From IMG/VR virus record IMGVR_UViG_3300024307_000003, positions 29,687-93,686 of that record: 64,000 nt of DNA; one strand, given 5' to 3'. This document shows positions 10,224 through 19,551 of this stretch, one piece after another (position 1 is the stretch's first letter; each line of letters begins with the position of its first letter). This DNA is from a virus. The translations under genes were made by a program, and so were the position numbers. Below the pieces are notes generated by a model. It had not been told where the DNA came from. It was given only the letters and a program-made list of their open reading frames with translations, and searched no databases.

Positions 10224-11549
10224 TCACAATTTGACAAAACCGGAAATTTTGAAAGTATGCCAAACTGGATTAATCGTTGCTTCAAACGGAATATCCGGCA
10301 GGAAGCGATTAGCCTTGTTGTTTGTGCTGATGTCAGATGCTTTAGGTGGGAACACTTTGTAAGAAGCAAGCCACCCGTATTTAACAAACTCATCCAGCAC
10401 AACATTCATTTCACTGACAACTTCACGAATACCTTCATCTCCAGCCAGACGTTTCCCCAAGTCGGAAACACGTTTGATCAAACCAAACACGCCTTCCTGC
10501 ATACGGGCTTCAAGAGCCAGAGAACCGTGGATATTATCGAAGAACCTCCCGCTAGAAACCTTACCGTCTTCCATCCAACCCACACCGCCACGACGAACAT
10601 AAATATTCGCAGACTTACCTTTAGCAAAAGTAGCTTCAGTGGTGGAGATAGAATCAACAGCAACACCTATCAGGGTCTTGGCAAACAAGTCACCAGTTCC
10701 GGGGAAGGAAGTTGCGATAGTTCCAAGAGCAGCACCCTCGGCAAATTCTTTATCCGCACCTTTATACGCAACCAACATAACGTTGTCATATTGTGCAGCA
10801 TTCAGAATAGAGGCGATGTCAACAGTGGAGCTAGTGAAGATTGCGCTTTCCTGCGAAGACACAAAATAAATCTTCTTATTGGCAGCAGCATATTCTGCAA
10901 AGTCTTCAATGTCTGTTCCATCGTGGCTATCAGACAAAATGAAGAACCATTGATCATTCACATCCACAATTGCACTCAGAGCCTGAGTTGCAGTTTCACT
11001 CGAAGTGAAGGACAGAGTGATGTTGGAAGTGGAAGCTCCCAAGCTCACCTTACCAGTAGAAGCAGGGGCTACAATCAATGTAGAGGTACTATTGGTTGCA
11101 GTGACAAAAGAGTTGATATCTGTGTCAGCTTCAATCAAAGCAGCCAGCCCAGCAGCAATCTCTGTTCCTGTTGCATCAGCATCGGAAGTGTAAGTAAATG
11201 CTTTATCATAAGAAGCACTACCAGTGTTGACACTCAAGGTGATCGTGTAAGCAGTGGTGTTAGCAACGTCAAAGGTTGCTCTGTAATCAGTGAGCGCTCT
11301 GCGACCAATTACAACTTGATTCGGAGCTTTGATACCTGCAAAAATATCAGCTACCATTTTATAAACCGGGCTACCATCGGCAAAACCATCAGCCAGCAGA
11401 TCATCAGCATCCGTATAAATACGAACACGATCTGTCCACACATTATGTGCAGAAACAATCACTGGGATGTCAAACGATGCTACAGATATTGGTCGATCAC
11501 CAAGGGTGATAACGACATCTACAATATCTTCAATATCAAATGCCATCAA
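10224..11549 (-). CDS. Contractile tail sheath protein (DUF3383-like)
   Basis: IEDIVDVVITL...FDIP, KTLIGV, GKVSSGRFFDNIHG motifs. Confidence 0.88.
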   Translation of the reverse strand: MMAFDIEDIVDVVITLGDRPISVASFDIPVIVSAHNVWTDRVRIYTDADDLLADGFADGSPVYKMVADIFAGIKAPNQVVIGRRALTDYRATFDVANTTAYTITLSVNTGSASYDKAFTYTSDADATGTEIAAGLAALIEADTDINSFVTATNSTSTLIVAPASTGKVSLGASTSNITLSFTSSETATQALSAIVDVNDQWFFILSDSHDGTDIEDFAEYAAANKKIYFVSSQESAIFTSSTVDIASILNAAQYDNVMLVAYKGADKEFAEGAALGTIATSFPGTGDLFAKTLIGVAVDSISTTEATFAKGKSANIYVRRGGVGWMEDGKVSSGRFFDNIHGSLALEARMQEGVFGLIKRVSDLGKRLAGDEGIREVVSEMNVVLDEFVKYGWLASYKVFPPKASDISTNNKANRFLPDIPFEATINPVWHTFKISGFVKL

Positions 11550-11561
11550 TTTCTCCTATTA

Positions 11562-12065
11562 TTATATACTGTAAGAGCCAGTGGCTCCTTCAAATGTTTC
11601 GATGGTGAAAGGAGCTTCGCCCTTTTCAGGTCCACCTTGAATAAATCTAAACTGGCATAGAAACTCATAACGCTTTTCACGTTTGTCTAACCACGAAATA
11701 GATGTGTCTCTAACTGGTGTGCTATTGAAATAAGCAACCCCTTTAGGACGTAGTGTGTTTCTTAAAAGATTCTTATCCCGTAGGGAGCAAGAAATAACTT
11801 GAGCTTTCGTGATGGCATTCTTACCAATAGCAAGAATTCTCATTGTGGTTTCATACGTTGTGTAGTTGTGATAGACTCCGTTGGAGTCGGTGTCATAAGC
11901 ACTATTTCCCCAAGCAATTGGGTTGATAGTCTCAATCTTCACAGCAACATAATCCCCGCAAGGAGGATTGAAATCTTCATCCATCAAATAAGGACGTTCT
12001 TGAATAGCAACGAGAATGAAATCAGAGACAGGATTGAAAAGGAATTCCTCAAGACGTGAACGCAT
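11562..12065 (-). CDS. Tail terminator / neck protein
   Basis: Position immediately upstream of sheath; size. Confidence 0.6.
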   Translation of the reverse strand: MRSRLEEFLFNPVSDFILVAIQERPYLMDEDFNPPCGDYVAVKIETINPIAWGNSAYDTDSNGVYHNYTTYETTMRILAIGKNAITKAQVISCSLRDKNLLRNTLRPKGVAYFNSTPVRDTSISWLDKREKRYEFLCQFRFIQGGPEKGEAPFTIETFEGATGSYSI

Positions 12066-12067
12066 TG

Positions 12068-12433
12068 TTATCTCCCATTCTCACTTACCATGTAAACACA
12101 ATAGTGAGCATCCAAACCATCGAGCCAAGGCTCAACCTTGAACACTGAATACCACACGTCTCTATATTTGATTTTGTCTGGGAGATTAATTGAACCTTCC
12201 TTTCCAGCAATGACTTCTGTTGGAGTGTAAACCTTGAACACAGACTTCACTCTGTATCCTTCTTCCAACGTTAAAAGCTCATTTCCTTTAACAGGTTGAA
12301 CATCCGCATCTTTCACAGTGAAAGAAAATTCTTTTCTTGTGACAGCGTGATACTCATCCTCTTCTTGGAACACACGCTTGGCTTCAAGCTCAATCATTGG
12401 GATAAATTTTCTTACCCAAATACTTCTACTCAT
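12068..12433 (-). CDS. Head closure / head-tail joining protein
   Basis: VQPVKGNELLTLEEGYR...KVYT...PDKIKY pattern; likely start ATG 12433 overlapping the upstream stop. Confidence 0.65.
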   Translation of the reverse strand: MSRSIWVRKFIPMIELEAKRVFQEEDEYHAVTRKEFSFTVKDADVQPVKGNELLTLEEGYRVKSVFKVYTPTEVIAGKEGSINLPDKIKYRDVWYSVFKVEPWLDGLDAHYCVYMVSENGR

Positions 12434-12917
12434 CTGCATCTTTCCTGCGTGTCTTGGTTTTAACGTTCTCAGAGAGCCAGCCAGTTTCATACAACGGCCT
12501 ATCAAAGCCTTTCTGTTCGACTGTATAAGGAGCATTTCTGGAGTAGTTATTAAACAAAATTCTAGTTGCTATCCATCGGGCCATGGCGTCTGCCATTGGT
12601 TTCAGAATAGCTCTTGGTGTTTTCTTTCTTTCTACAAAATTGTAGAAAGCTGAAACATACATAGACCTTAGTTCTATTAAGCTATCCATAGCCCCATCAT
12701 GTATGAAAGGACGAGGAGGAATAAACCCCGGCTTACCGTAGTTGGCTCCATACTCAAGAATATTTGCCAGCTCGGCAGCATTAAGCTTCTTGTTGGGATG
12801 TTTCTGTTCTTGCCAGAATCCAGCCTTACCTGACCAGTCGTCTAGGTTCTTCAGTCTGGCTCGGAGGTTAAGCAACTCTTTCTTGTCACACTTAACCTTA
12901 ACTCTCACAGAGGACAT
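12426..12917 (-). CDS. Tail completion / neck protein
   Basis: LEYGA...IPPRPF...NAPYTVEQKGFDRPLYETG motif. Confidence 0.75.
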   Translation of the reverse strand: MSSVRVKVKCDKKELLNLRARLKNLDDWSGKAGFWQEQKHPNKKLNAAELANILEYGANYGKPGFIPPRPFIHDGAMDSLIELRSMYVSAFYNFVERKKTPRAILKPMADAMARWIATRILFNNYSRNAPYTVEQKGFDRPLYETGWLSENVKTKTRRKDADE

Positions 12918-12926
12918 CTAAACTCC

Positions 12927-13373
12927 CTATGACAAATCGTCATAGAACCAACCAATCTCAGCATTCGCTGGGACATAAGCTGGGTCACATTTCAAATCAT
13001 CCACATAACTCTTCATTGTCCCACCAAACACCGGGAGAACAAAACCACTGGCTCCGGACTCGCTCGGGGGATTCTCTTCCAACCAATCCAAGAGATCAGA
13101 GACAGCTTTATATTTTTCTTGTCTGTATTCTTCTACTTCCCGTCCACCTTCTCTCTCACGTCTACGTGAGCCTTGGACAGCAAACTTGGATTTAATCCAC
13201 TTCAAACACTGAATACTGGATTTATAAACCCTAGTTGTTTGTGTGTCCGAAGAAAACATATCCAAAGAATGAAGAACCATAATATCGGGAAGTTCATAGG
13301 GGACATCAACATCCCCTATGGAAAACCTCACCAACCAACTTTCATCTGTTGCATCAATGACTGGATCAGCCAT
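12927..13373 (-). CDS. Head-tail adaptor protein
   Basis: VRFSIGDVD...L.D motif; synteny. Confidence 0.65.
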   Translation of the reverse strand: MADPVIDATDESWLVRFSIGDVDVPYELPDIMVLHSLDMFSSDTQTTRVYKSSIQCLKWIKSKFAVQGSRRREREGGREVEEYRQEKYKAVSDLLDWLEENPPSESGASGFVLPVFGGTMKSYVDDLKCDPAYVPANAEIGWFYDDLS

Positions 13374-13401
13374 AAATCTTCTCCAATCTCATTGTTGGTT
13401 A

Positions 13402-13782
13402 TTAATCTTCAGTGATGGTGATCTGACCAATCGCGAAGGTACCACTCTCACCGTTGTTCAGGGTGATGTTGGAAGTCAGCGGGCCGTAGTACTTAACATT
13501 TCCACCTGAACCTGTTGCTGCTGAAACAATAAAAATATGCGTAGCTGTTGCCCATGCGCCTCCAGAGGCGGTAAAAGTTACAGCTCCTGTATTGGTAGCA
13601 GTACTCCCAGTTACTGTAAAACTTACAGACTGACGTGTGTAACCATTACCAGTAAGCTCCACAGCCGATATAGTGGTACCAGTGTGAGCATCTGTAGGGG
13701 TTGCACTGCACAGTCCAACCCAGTTGGAACCACCCAGTAAGTTGGTAAGGGCCGCATTTTCTGCGTAATCTGATTTTGGCAT
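13402..13782 (-). CDS. Small virion fibre subunit, paralog 1 (SDY.EN...GY.RQ.V.F family)
   Basis: Aligns end to end by eye with 14159..14566. Confidence 0.65.
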   Translation of the reverse strand: MPKSDYAENAALTNLLGGSNWVGLCSATPTDAHTGTTISAVELTGNGYTRQSVSFTVTGSTATNTGAVTFTASGGAWATATHIFIVSAATGSGGNVKYYGPLTSNITLNNGESGTFAIGQITITED

Positions 13783-13792
13783 TTAATCCTCC

Positions 13793-14137
13793 TTAACAAA
13801 CAGAAACGTAAAGCAGAGGAGATTCACATCCCTCTCCCAATACAATCCCGTTTGGTGTTAAAATATCGTAAATAGTTAGACGTGCAGGAAGTGGTGTACA
13901 ATTCCTTGACGTAAGATAAGGGCCTAGTTTTAACCAGATTTCCCCTGTCTCAAATGGGTCTTCAGGAGTTCCTATCCAAGTGAAAGCATCATCATCAACA
14001 TCGCTGTCAACAAATTCACCATCACACTCAAGGGTCATCCTGAGAACACCAGAGAGGTCTACCGGAATCTCTTTATCCAACACCTTAATTCGGGTTGTTG
14101 TATCTGATCCTGCATAGACTGAAACGAAAATGGTCAT
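13793..14137 (-). CDS. BppU-N-like adaptor beta-sandwich protein
   Basis: PVDLSG...TGEIWLKL pattern; start MTIF after GGAGG. Confidence 0.45.
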   Translation of the reverse strand: MTIFVSVYAGSDTTTRIKVLDKEIPVDLSGVLRMTLECDGEFVDSDVDDDAFTWIGTPEDPFETGEIWLKLGPYLTSRNCTPLPARLTIYDILTPNGIVLGEGCESPLLYVSVC

Positions 14138-14158
14138 ACAAACCTCCAAATGAAGGAG

Positions 14159-14566
14159 TTACGCCACTTCCAGACGCAGTTCACCGATAGGAAACTGACG
14201 TACTTGACCAGAAAGAACAGTAACCGGAGAAGTTAATGCAAAGTGCATAATGACATTACCAGCACCATGTGTGGCACTATCAGTGATAAAAGCATGTGTT
14301 GCAGTTACCCAATCAGCCGATGCTGTAAAGTTTACTGCACCCGTATTTGCAATACGGTTGTTTGCACCTCCAGACGGGGCACCAAAAGTAACCGCTTGAC
14401 GAGCATAGCCGTTAGAGTTGGCCAGCTCGGGAATGGTTGCTCCTGTGTGAGCATCTGTTGTGGCAGACGAAGCCAAACCAACGTACACAGTTGTTGGGGC
14501 TGTAATGTTGGTGCCACGAATCCAATTAAGGATTGCGTTTTCCATATAATCTGAAAAAGCGGACAT
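14159..14566 (-). CDS. Small virion fibre subunit, paralog 2
   Basis: MSAFSDYMENAILNW...YVGL...GYARQAVTF...W.TATH.FI. Confidence 0.65.
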   Translation of the reverse strand: MSAFSDYMENAILNWIRGTNITAPTTVYVGLASSATTDAHTGATIPELANSNGYARQAVTFGAPSGGANNRIANTGAVNFTASADWVTATHAFITDSATHGAGNVIMHFALTSPVTVLSGQVRQFPIGELRLEVA

Positions 14567-14594
14567 CTGTTATTGTTTTCCTCTATGTTGTGCC

Positions 14595-15470
14595 CTAAAG
14601 AGCGTTCCTGTTAATTGAATGAACAAGACGAATTTTTTGTAATCTTTGGAGACGAAGCGATGGGGAACGAATTGTTCCTGAAGCAAATCCACTTCCTAAT
14701 AGCGATCCTGCTAAATCAGACCCAGTAGCCAAGAATGTGGAGTTAACCACTCCAGTTCCTGTTCCAGAAGCTGTCCCTGCAAGGTCAGCAGCTTGAGAAA
14801 GGATTGTGTTTCCTGTTCCAGTGGCTACCCCTTGGCTTTGTCCAGCAAAGCCCGTGTAGAGGCCCCCAGAGGCTATAGCTGTCCCTACGGAGTCCCCAGA
14901 GATATAATCAGGTTGGTCAATTCCCCCTTCTACTAACCCGCTTCCCAGAGCAGAAGCCCTGAAGGTCAGAAGAACTGTTCCTGTTGCGGTAGAGGATGCC
15001 ACTCCAGAGGCTCGTAGAGGCTCATAGAGACCTCCTGATACAAACCCGCTACCTAAGCCTTGGGCACTCCATATTTCGCTAAGGGAAGCTCCACCAGAGC
15101 CTGTGCCTACAGCATCAGCCTTGATGTCTTGGATTGTTGTAACAGAAGCAACGCTTCCAATTCCAACCCCTAGAACCTCTGCTCTAAATACATCATCGTC
15201 TATATTTCCATCAGCTACACCCGAGCCAAGGGCTACGGACTGTAGGGCTGGATAACTTGTGGCCTCTCCTGATCCAACTCCAGAAGCATCAGCTTCCAAG
15301 ACAGAATAGATTCCCCCAGAAGCTAACGCTTGTCCTACAGGGGCGGCAGTGAAGTATTGAACGAGGTTGGCAGTGGCAAATCCACTACCGAGAGCATCAG
15401 CTTCAAACGCGGGTAAGTAATCAAACCCACTATCTTCAGGTGTTAGAAAGCTGCGATCTAAGACAGCCAT
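14595..15470 (-). CDS. G/S/A-rich ~18-aa repeat virion protein
   Basis: About 12-13 repeats of [FL]-x-A-x-x-x-G-S-G-x-A-x-G-x-[IL]. Confidence 0.65.
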   Translation of the reverse strand: MAVLDRSFLTPEDSGFDYLPAFEADALGSGFATANLVQYFTAAPVGQALASGGIYSVLEADASGVGSGEATSYPALQSVALGSGVADGNIDDDVFRAEVLGVGIGSVASVTTIQDIKADAVGTGSGGASLSEIWSAQGLGSGFVSGGLYEPLRASGVASSTATGTVLLTFRASALGSGLVEGGIDQPDYISGDSVGTAIASGGLYTGFAGQSQGVATGTGNTILSQAADLAGTASGTGTGVVNSTFLATGSDLAGSLLGSGFASGTIRSPSLRLQRLQKIRLVHSINRNAL

Positions 15471-15526
15471 ATTATTCTCCTGAGACTTTTAAAGTCGAAG
15501 ACAGCGTGAACATCTTTATGGACACG

Positions 15527-15883
15527 CTACACCTCAACTACTGTGCCTGTTAATCTGAAGTAATGACTCTCATCATCATCAAATGCCACCAAACGGTACA
15601 CTTGTCCTGTTGTAGCAGCACTCAGCGTTATTTCTCCAATCCCGTTAGTGATAACTAGGTTGGTTCCTTTATCCACAGCAGTGATTGCTTGCCCGTTGTA
15701 ATTCGCTATATCAATGTCCGTCTGAGTGATAAACCAGTATTGAAACGTGTGGGTAACAGGATTCCCGGCAGTATTAACTACCGGGTTTCCGCTTCCAATG
15801 ATAATCTTCTTTGGAACATCACCAACTTGAAGAGCACCAGTTAACCATCCATTCTCAACTAAACTACCTGTTAACCATGCCAT
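15527..15883 (-). CDS. Hypothetical virion appendage protein
   Basis: SD AGGGGA; beta-rich; inside the appendage cassette. Confidence 0.55.
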   Translation of the reverse strand: MAWLTGSLVENGWLTGALQVGDVPKKIIIGSGNPVVNTAGNPVTHTFQYWFITQTDIDIANYNGQAITAVDKGTNLVITNGIGEITLSAATTGQVYRLVAFDDDESHYFRLTGTVVEV

Positions 15884-15893
15884 TTAAATCCCC

Positions 15894-18257
15894 TTATAAT
15901 GTGTAGCTAAAACCGGAATAACTTCCGCTTCCGCTATCAGGAAACTCAACGTATACAGTTTCACCAGTAACACCCATCACATTGTTAGTTAATGTCCAGA
16001 TTCCCGAACCATTTGTATTAACTGTGGTACTAAGTGCTATAGTTCCATCTGCTCTACGAATACGTACAGGGATGTTAGATACGCTAGCTCTTATTTGTTT
16101 TGTAGAAGCGTCTCTCATCACTTGACTAGTGATTGTTACGTTTGCGGGGTTAACTGTCAAACCAACTGTGTTGGAATAGACAATACCACCTTCAGAGCTT
16201 GTCACTCGACAATAGAAAGATTTTCCATTATCTCCAAGAACTGTTGTTCTAGCATAAGTAGAAGAAGTTGCTCCTGACACTAATATATCAGTTGTACCAT
16301 TTTCTTCAAACCATTGATAAGCAGAAGCTCCTGTAGCAGACAGAACGAACGAGGCTACTTGACCTGCTGTTACGTTTTGAGCCGAAGGTTGAACAGTGAT
16401 AGTGGGTACGCTAGCTGCCCGTGTAGTTACGCTTACAGAGTCTGTTACTCCTCCCGAAGCTACGCCACCTGTTACAACAGCACCATAAGTACCAGAAGTC
16501 AGTTTCATATAAACTGTCTGACCAAGCTGTCTTACTACAGAACTTCCATATGTTCCGTTGCTTGCATCAGACACTGTAGCACTTCCTGTAGCAGCAAAAG
16601 TAACGTTTGTAGCTGCTGTAGTTCCTGCTACAACAAAAGAACGTATTGTGTCTGTATTAGGATTGGCTCCTGTTACATCAGCTCCAAGATCAAACTGTGT
16701 TGGAATAATGTCTGCTGGTGGATCATAATTTATAGTAGCAAAAGCTGAATGTGCTCCATCCGTCTGATCTACAACTGCAACACTCATCGTTCCATCAAAA
16801 GCGCCCGTGAAGGTTGGAATACCATTCGCAGCAATACTAATTGTGTTGGTTTCATTGTTGTAAACCAACTGATCCCCATTCGCTGCTGCTGGGGATGTCT
16901 CCACCTCTCCTGTAGTAGAAGCTGGATTGTAGCCAGATAAAGTTACATGACTATATCCTGTAGCAGGAGTCATTGATGTTGACCCAGAAGCACTTCCACT
17001 AGTAAGGGTTACAGTTGCACCATAAAGAGTGGCAGGCCAGTTAGAGGATGTTCTAGCTACAGCGGTTGTTGTAGAATTTACAGCAGTGTGTGCACCTTGT
17101 GCAACTCCGTTAATTGTAACTGCCGATAACGACCCCGGCGCTTCATCCCATGTAATCTGAAAACTAGTCTGGTCATAACGGATAGGATTTCCGCCATTGA
17201 TAGACAGGATTGAGTTACTAACTGCCAAAGTAGTTACGTTGACAGAAGCATATATTTTAGCTCCTAAACCCCCTACTTCTTGAGCACGAACCCAGTATCT
17301 TCGTTGTGTATTTGCCGGTAAATCTATAGTGGTGTCATAGAACACAGTAGCCGCCACACTAGTACCATCAGTTGGTGCAGCATCAAAGGTGGCATCCGAG
17401 GGTTGAGCTTGTGATATGTTGTCATAACCGATTATCTTAATAGTGGCAGCAAGGGATGTTGTGAGTGCCATCCTGAAACTACTAGCGGTTATCTGGTCCG
17501 CAGAAGGAGTAGCCAACCAAGACAATGTAGGTGTTGTCGATGGCATCGTATCGTCATCAGCTGCGATAGCAAGTAACACATCTTCAATAGTAGCTTCATC
17601 TAGGGCTGCTGTTTCCCACGCAGCACACTTAATCATTCCTTCGCCATTATCAAAAGCTGTCTGGCGATTACCTATAACTAATTGGGCTGTACCAGTAAGA
17701 CCACTTATGGTAGCGTTCTGTGGGAGAGTATAACCACCATAACCACCATCAGGTGTTATCGGCGTAAGCACACCACCCGACAACGTATAGAACTTTATTC
17801 GTTCCTGAATCGTTGCCTGAGTGGTGTCGATACGGACAGCAATAAGGGATTGGGAATTGTAAAAATTAAAACTATTACCAGCGAAATTAAAACCATGTAG
17901 ACCAAAAACACTACGCTCATACATTAAGGCCGGTGTACCACCATCTGGTCCAAGTATAAACATAGTGGACCAGTCGTCTACAGAATACCCAGCCCATTTA
18001 AGGAAGAATGTTCCTTGGTTTGTTCCATTAAGTTCCGTAGCTATTGTAGAACCAATTGCAGCCCAAGCCCTAGCGTCACTTGTTTCGCTTGCAGCGGTCC
18101 AATTTAAACCGCTACCCTCCCCATCAGCCGAGAAGGCCATTCCTCCCGGACCATAATCGAGCGTTAGAGGTAGAGAAGCAGTGCCTTGGTTGGCAGTAGT
18201 GGTTGGTGTAGTTCCGCTAGTAGCTTCGTCTAAACCGTAGAAAAATTTAAAACTCAT
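15894..18257 (-). CDS. Large multidomain appendage protein (LamG-like N-terminus, Ig-like domains)
   Basis: PTITVQPSAQNVTAGQVASF...YQWF...DNGKSFYCRVT is a clear Ig I-set-like motif; LVIGNR...GMIK fits ConA-like. Confidence 0.7.
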   Translation of the reverse strand: MSFKFFYGLDEATSGTTPTTTANQGTASLPLTLDYGPGGMAFSADGEGSGLNWTAASETSDARAWAAIGSTIATELNGTNQGTFFLKWAGYSVDDWSTMFILGPDGGTPALMYERSVFGLHGFNFAGNSFNFYNSQSLIAVRIDTTQATIQERIKFYTLSGGVLTPITPDGGYGGYTLPQNATISGLTGTAQLVIGNRQTAFDNGEGMIKCAAWETAALDEATIEDVLLAIAADDDTMPSTTPTLSWLATPSADQITASSFRMALTTSLAATIKIIGYDNISQAQPSDATFDAAPTDGTSVAATVFYDTTIDLPANTQRRYWVRAQEVGGLGAKIYASVNVTTLAVSNSILSINGGNPIRYDQTSFQITWDEAPGSLSAVTINGVAQGAHTAVNSTTTAVARTSSNWPATLYGATVTLTSGSASGSTSMTPATGYSHVTLSGYNPASTTGEVETSPAAANGDQLVYNNETNTISIAANGIPTFTGAFDGTMSVAVVDQTDGAHSAFATINYDPPADIIPTQFDLGADVTGANPNTDTIRSFVVAGTTAATNVTFAATGSATVSDASNGTYGSSVVRQLGQTVYMKLTSGTYGAVVTGGVASGGVTDSVSVTTRAASVPTITVQPSAQNVTAGQVASFVLSATGASAYQWFEENGTTDILVSGATSSTYARTTVLGDNGKSFYCRVTSSEGGIVYSNTVGLTVNPANVTITSQVMRDASTKQIRASVSNIPVRIRRADGTIALSTTVNTNGSGIWTLTNNVMGVTGETVYVEFPDSGSGSYSGFSYTL

Positions 18258-18258
18258 A

Positions 18259-19551
18259 TTATCTAGTCCCTAAATCATAGACTTCATATCCCGGCGCGGA
18301 AGCTCCGAATCTACTATCAGCACCATAATCTACGGAAGTCACTAGAAGATTCTGTTCGTAATCGTAGTAAGCACCGCCAATACGATGGTAGTATGCACTT
18401 CGCATAGTGCTATGGTTCCAGTAACCATGCTTGTATGGGCGTATCATGTGCGGAGGATTCAAACTTGGATTACCAAATGAATCTGCTAAATCCTGCAAAT
18501 CAAATAACCAGTAATAGTTTGCGTATGCTTGATGATAATAAGCGCGGTAAGCTTGCGAGGTATCACCATTATCACTAGGTTGACTTGCACCGTAGCAGAT
18601 GAATAAACCACCGGGAGGATTATTGTATGGGGCACGACGGTCTAAATTAGACCCGATACACATCAGTGTATTTGTGTTTGGAAGAATGAAGGCCCCTGCG
18701 ATTGCTGATAGGTGATTCCACAGTTGCGATTGTAAATCATCAGATAGTTGTGTTCCCGGGCCAAAGGGAAAATCCATGGCAGGAGTTGTGCTGATAAGCG
18801 TAGGAGTATCGCTTACTTGCATATCGTCAAAATTAACCGGCCATGCCGTTGGACCAACAGCCATCCGGGAGATGATAGGCCAATATCCTACCCCACCACA
18901 CATTAAGTGGGATGCCCCACCAAACGATGATCGCCATGATGCAGGTAATTTAACTGCGCGCCCAGCACTGCGGGCAGCACCAGAAATCTGGAACATACCG
19001 TAACGTGTGAACGTTGAAAGTGCTGCTGCGTTACGCAATAACGCAGAGTTATATGCATCAAGTGTGTTACTGTAGTAGCTATGACCGCCTAAATGTAATT
19101 GTCCTGTTCCTACATAACTTGGATCAAGCGGATGCGAAACTGCATCATAGGAAATGGCAGCCAGCTTGAAATCGGCGCTCATGTTGGTGAACTGAGTGTG
19201 TAAACGTTTGAACCCCTGCCGATTAGTTCCAACGTTCATCGCCGCACGATTAGTTGTGTTGACCAGCGCCGGAATGTTGAATTCACCCACCGACTGGCGA
19301 CCATTTGTTTCAGTGCCCTGCACAAAAATACGGCCAGTTGCTGTACCTTTGCTGATGCACTGACGACCGATGTAAAACATATCATCTTCGCCGGCAGTGT
19401 TTGGGTCCAGTAAAAAATGACCGATGACGACAGGCGCGGTAACGTCTGGGTCATACAACCCAGCAGAAGCTTGGGGATAAGGTCTGTAAAAACTGTCTGT
19501 ATGTTCGTAAAGAGGAACAGTTGAGCCGGGTACAACAATAGTCTTAGACAT
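18259..19551 (-). CDS. Putative receptor-binding or enzymatic appendage protein
   Basis: 430 aa; shares an N-terminal 26-aa anchor motif with the upstream gene. Confidence 0.55.
   Translation of the reverse strand: MSKTIVVPGSTVPLYEHTDSFYRPYPQASAGLYDPDVTAPVVIGHFLLDPNTAGEDDMFYIGRQCISKGTATGRIFVQGTETNGRQSVGEFNIPALVNTTNRAAMNVGTNRQGFKRLHTQFTNMSADFKLAAISYDAVSHPLDPSYVGTGQLHLGGHSYYSNTLDAYNSALLRNAAALSTFTRYGMFQISGAARSAGRAVKLPASWRSSFGGASHLMCGGVGYWPIISRMAVGPTAWPVNFDDMQVSDTPTLISTTPAMDFPFGPGTQLSDDLQSQLWNHLSAIAGAFILPNTNTLMCIGSNLDRRAPYNNPPGGLFICYGASQPSDNGDTSQAYRAYYHQAYANYYWLFDLQDLADSFGNPSLNPPHMIRPYKHGYWNHSTMRSAYYHRIGGAYYDYEQNLLVTSVDYGADSRFGASAPGYEVYDLGTR

Noticed and set aside
10191-11660. 489-aa plus-strand ORF
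   Set aside because: Antisense to the codon-biased tail sheath gene
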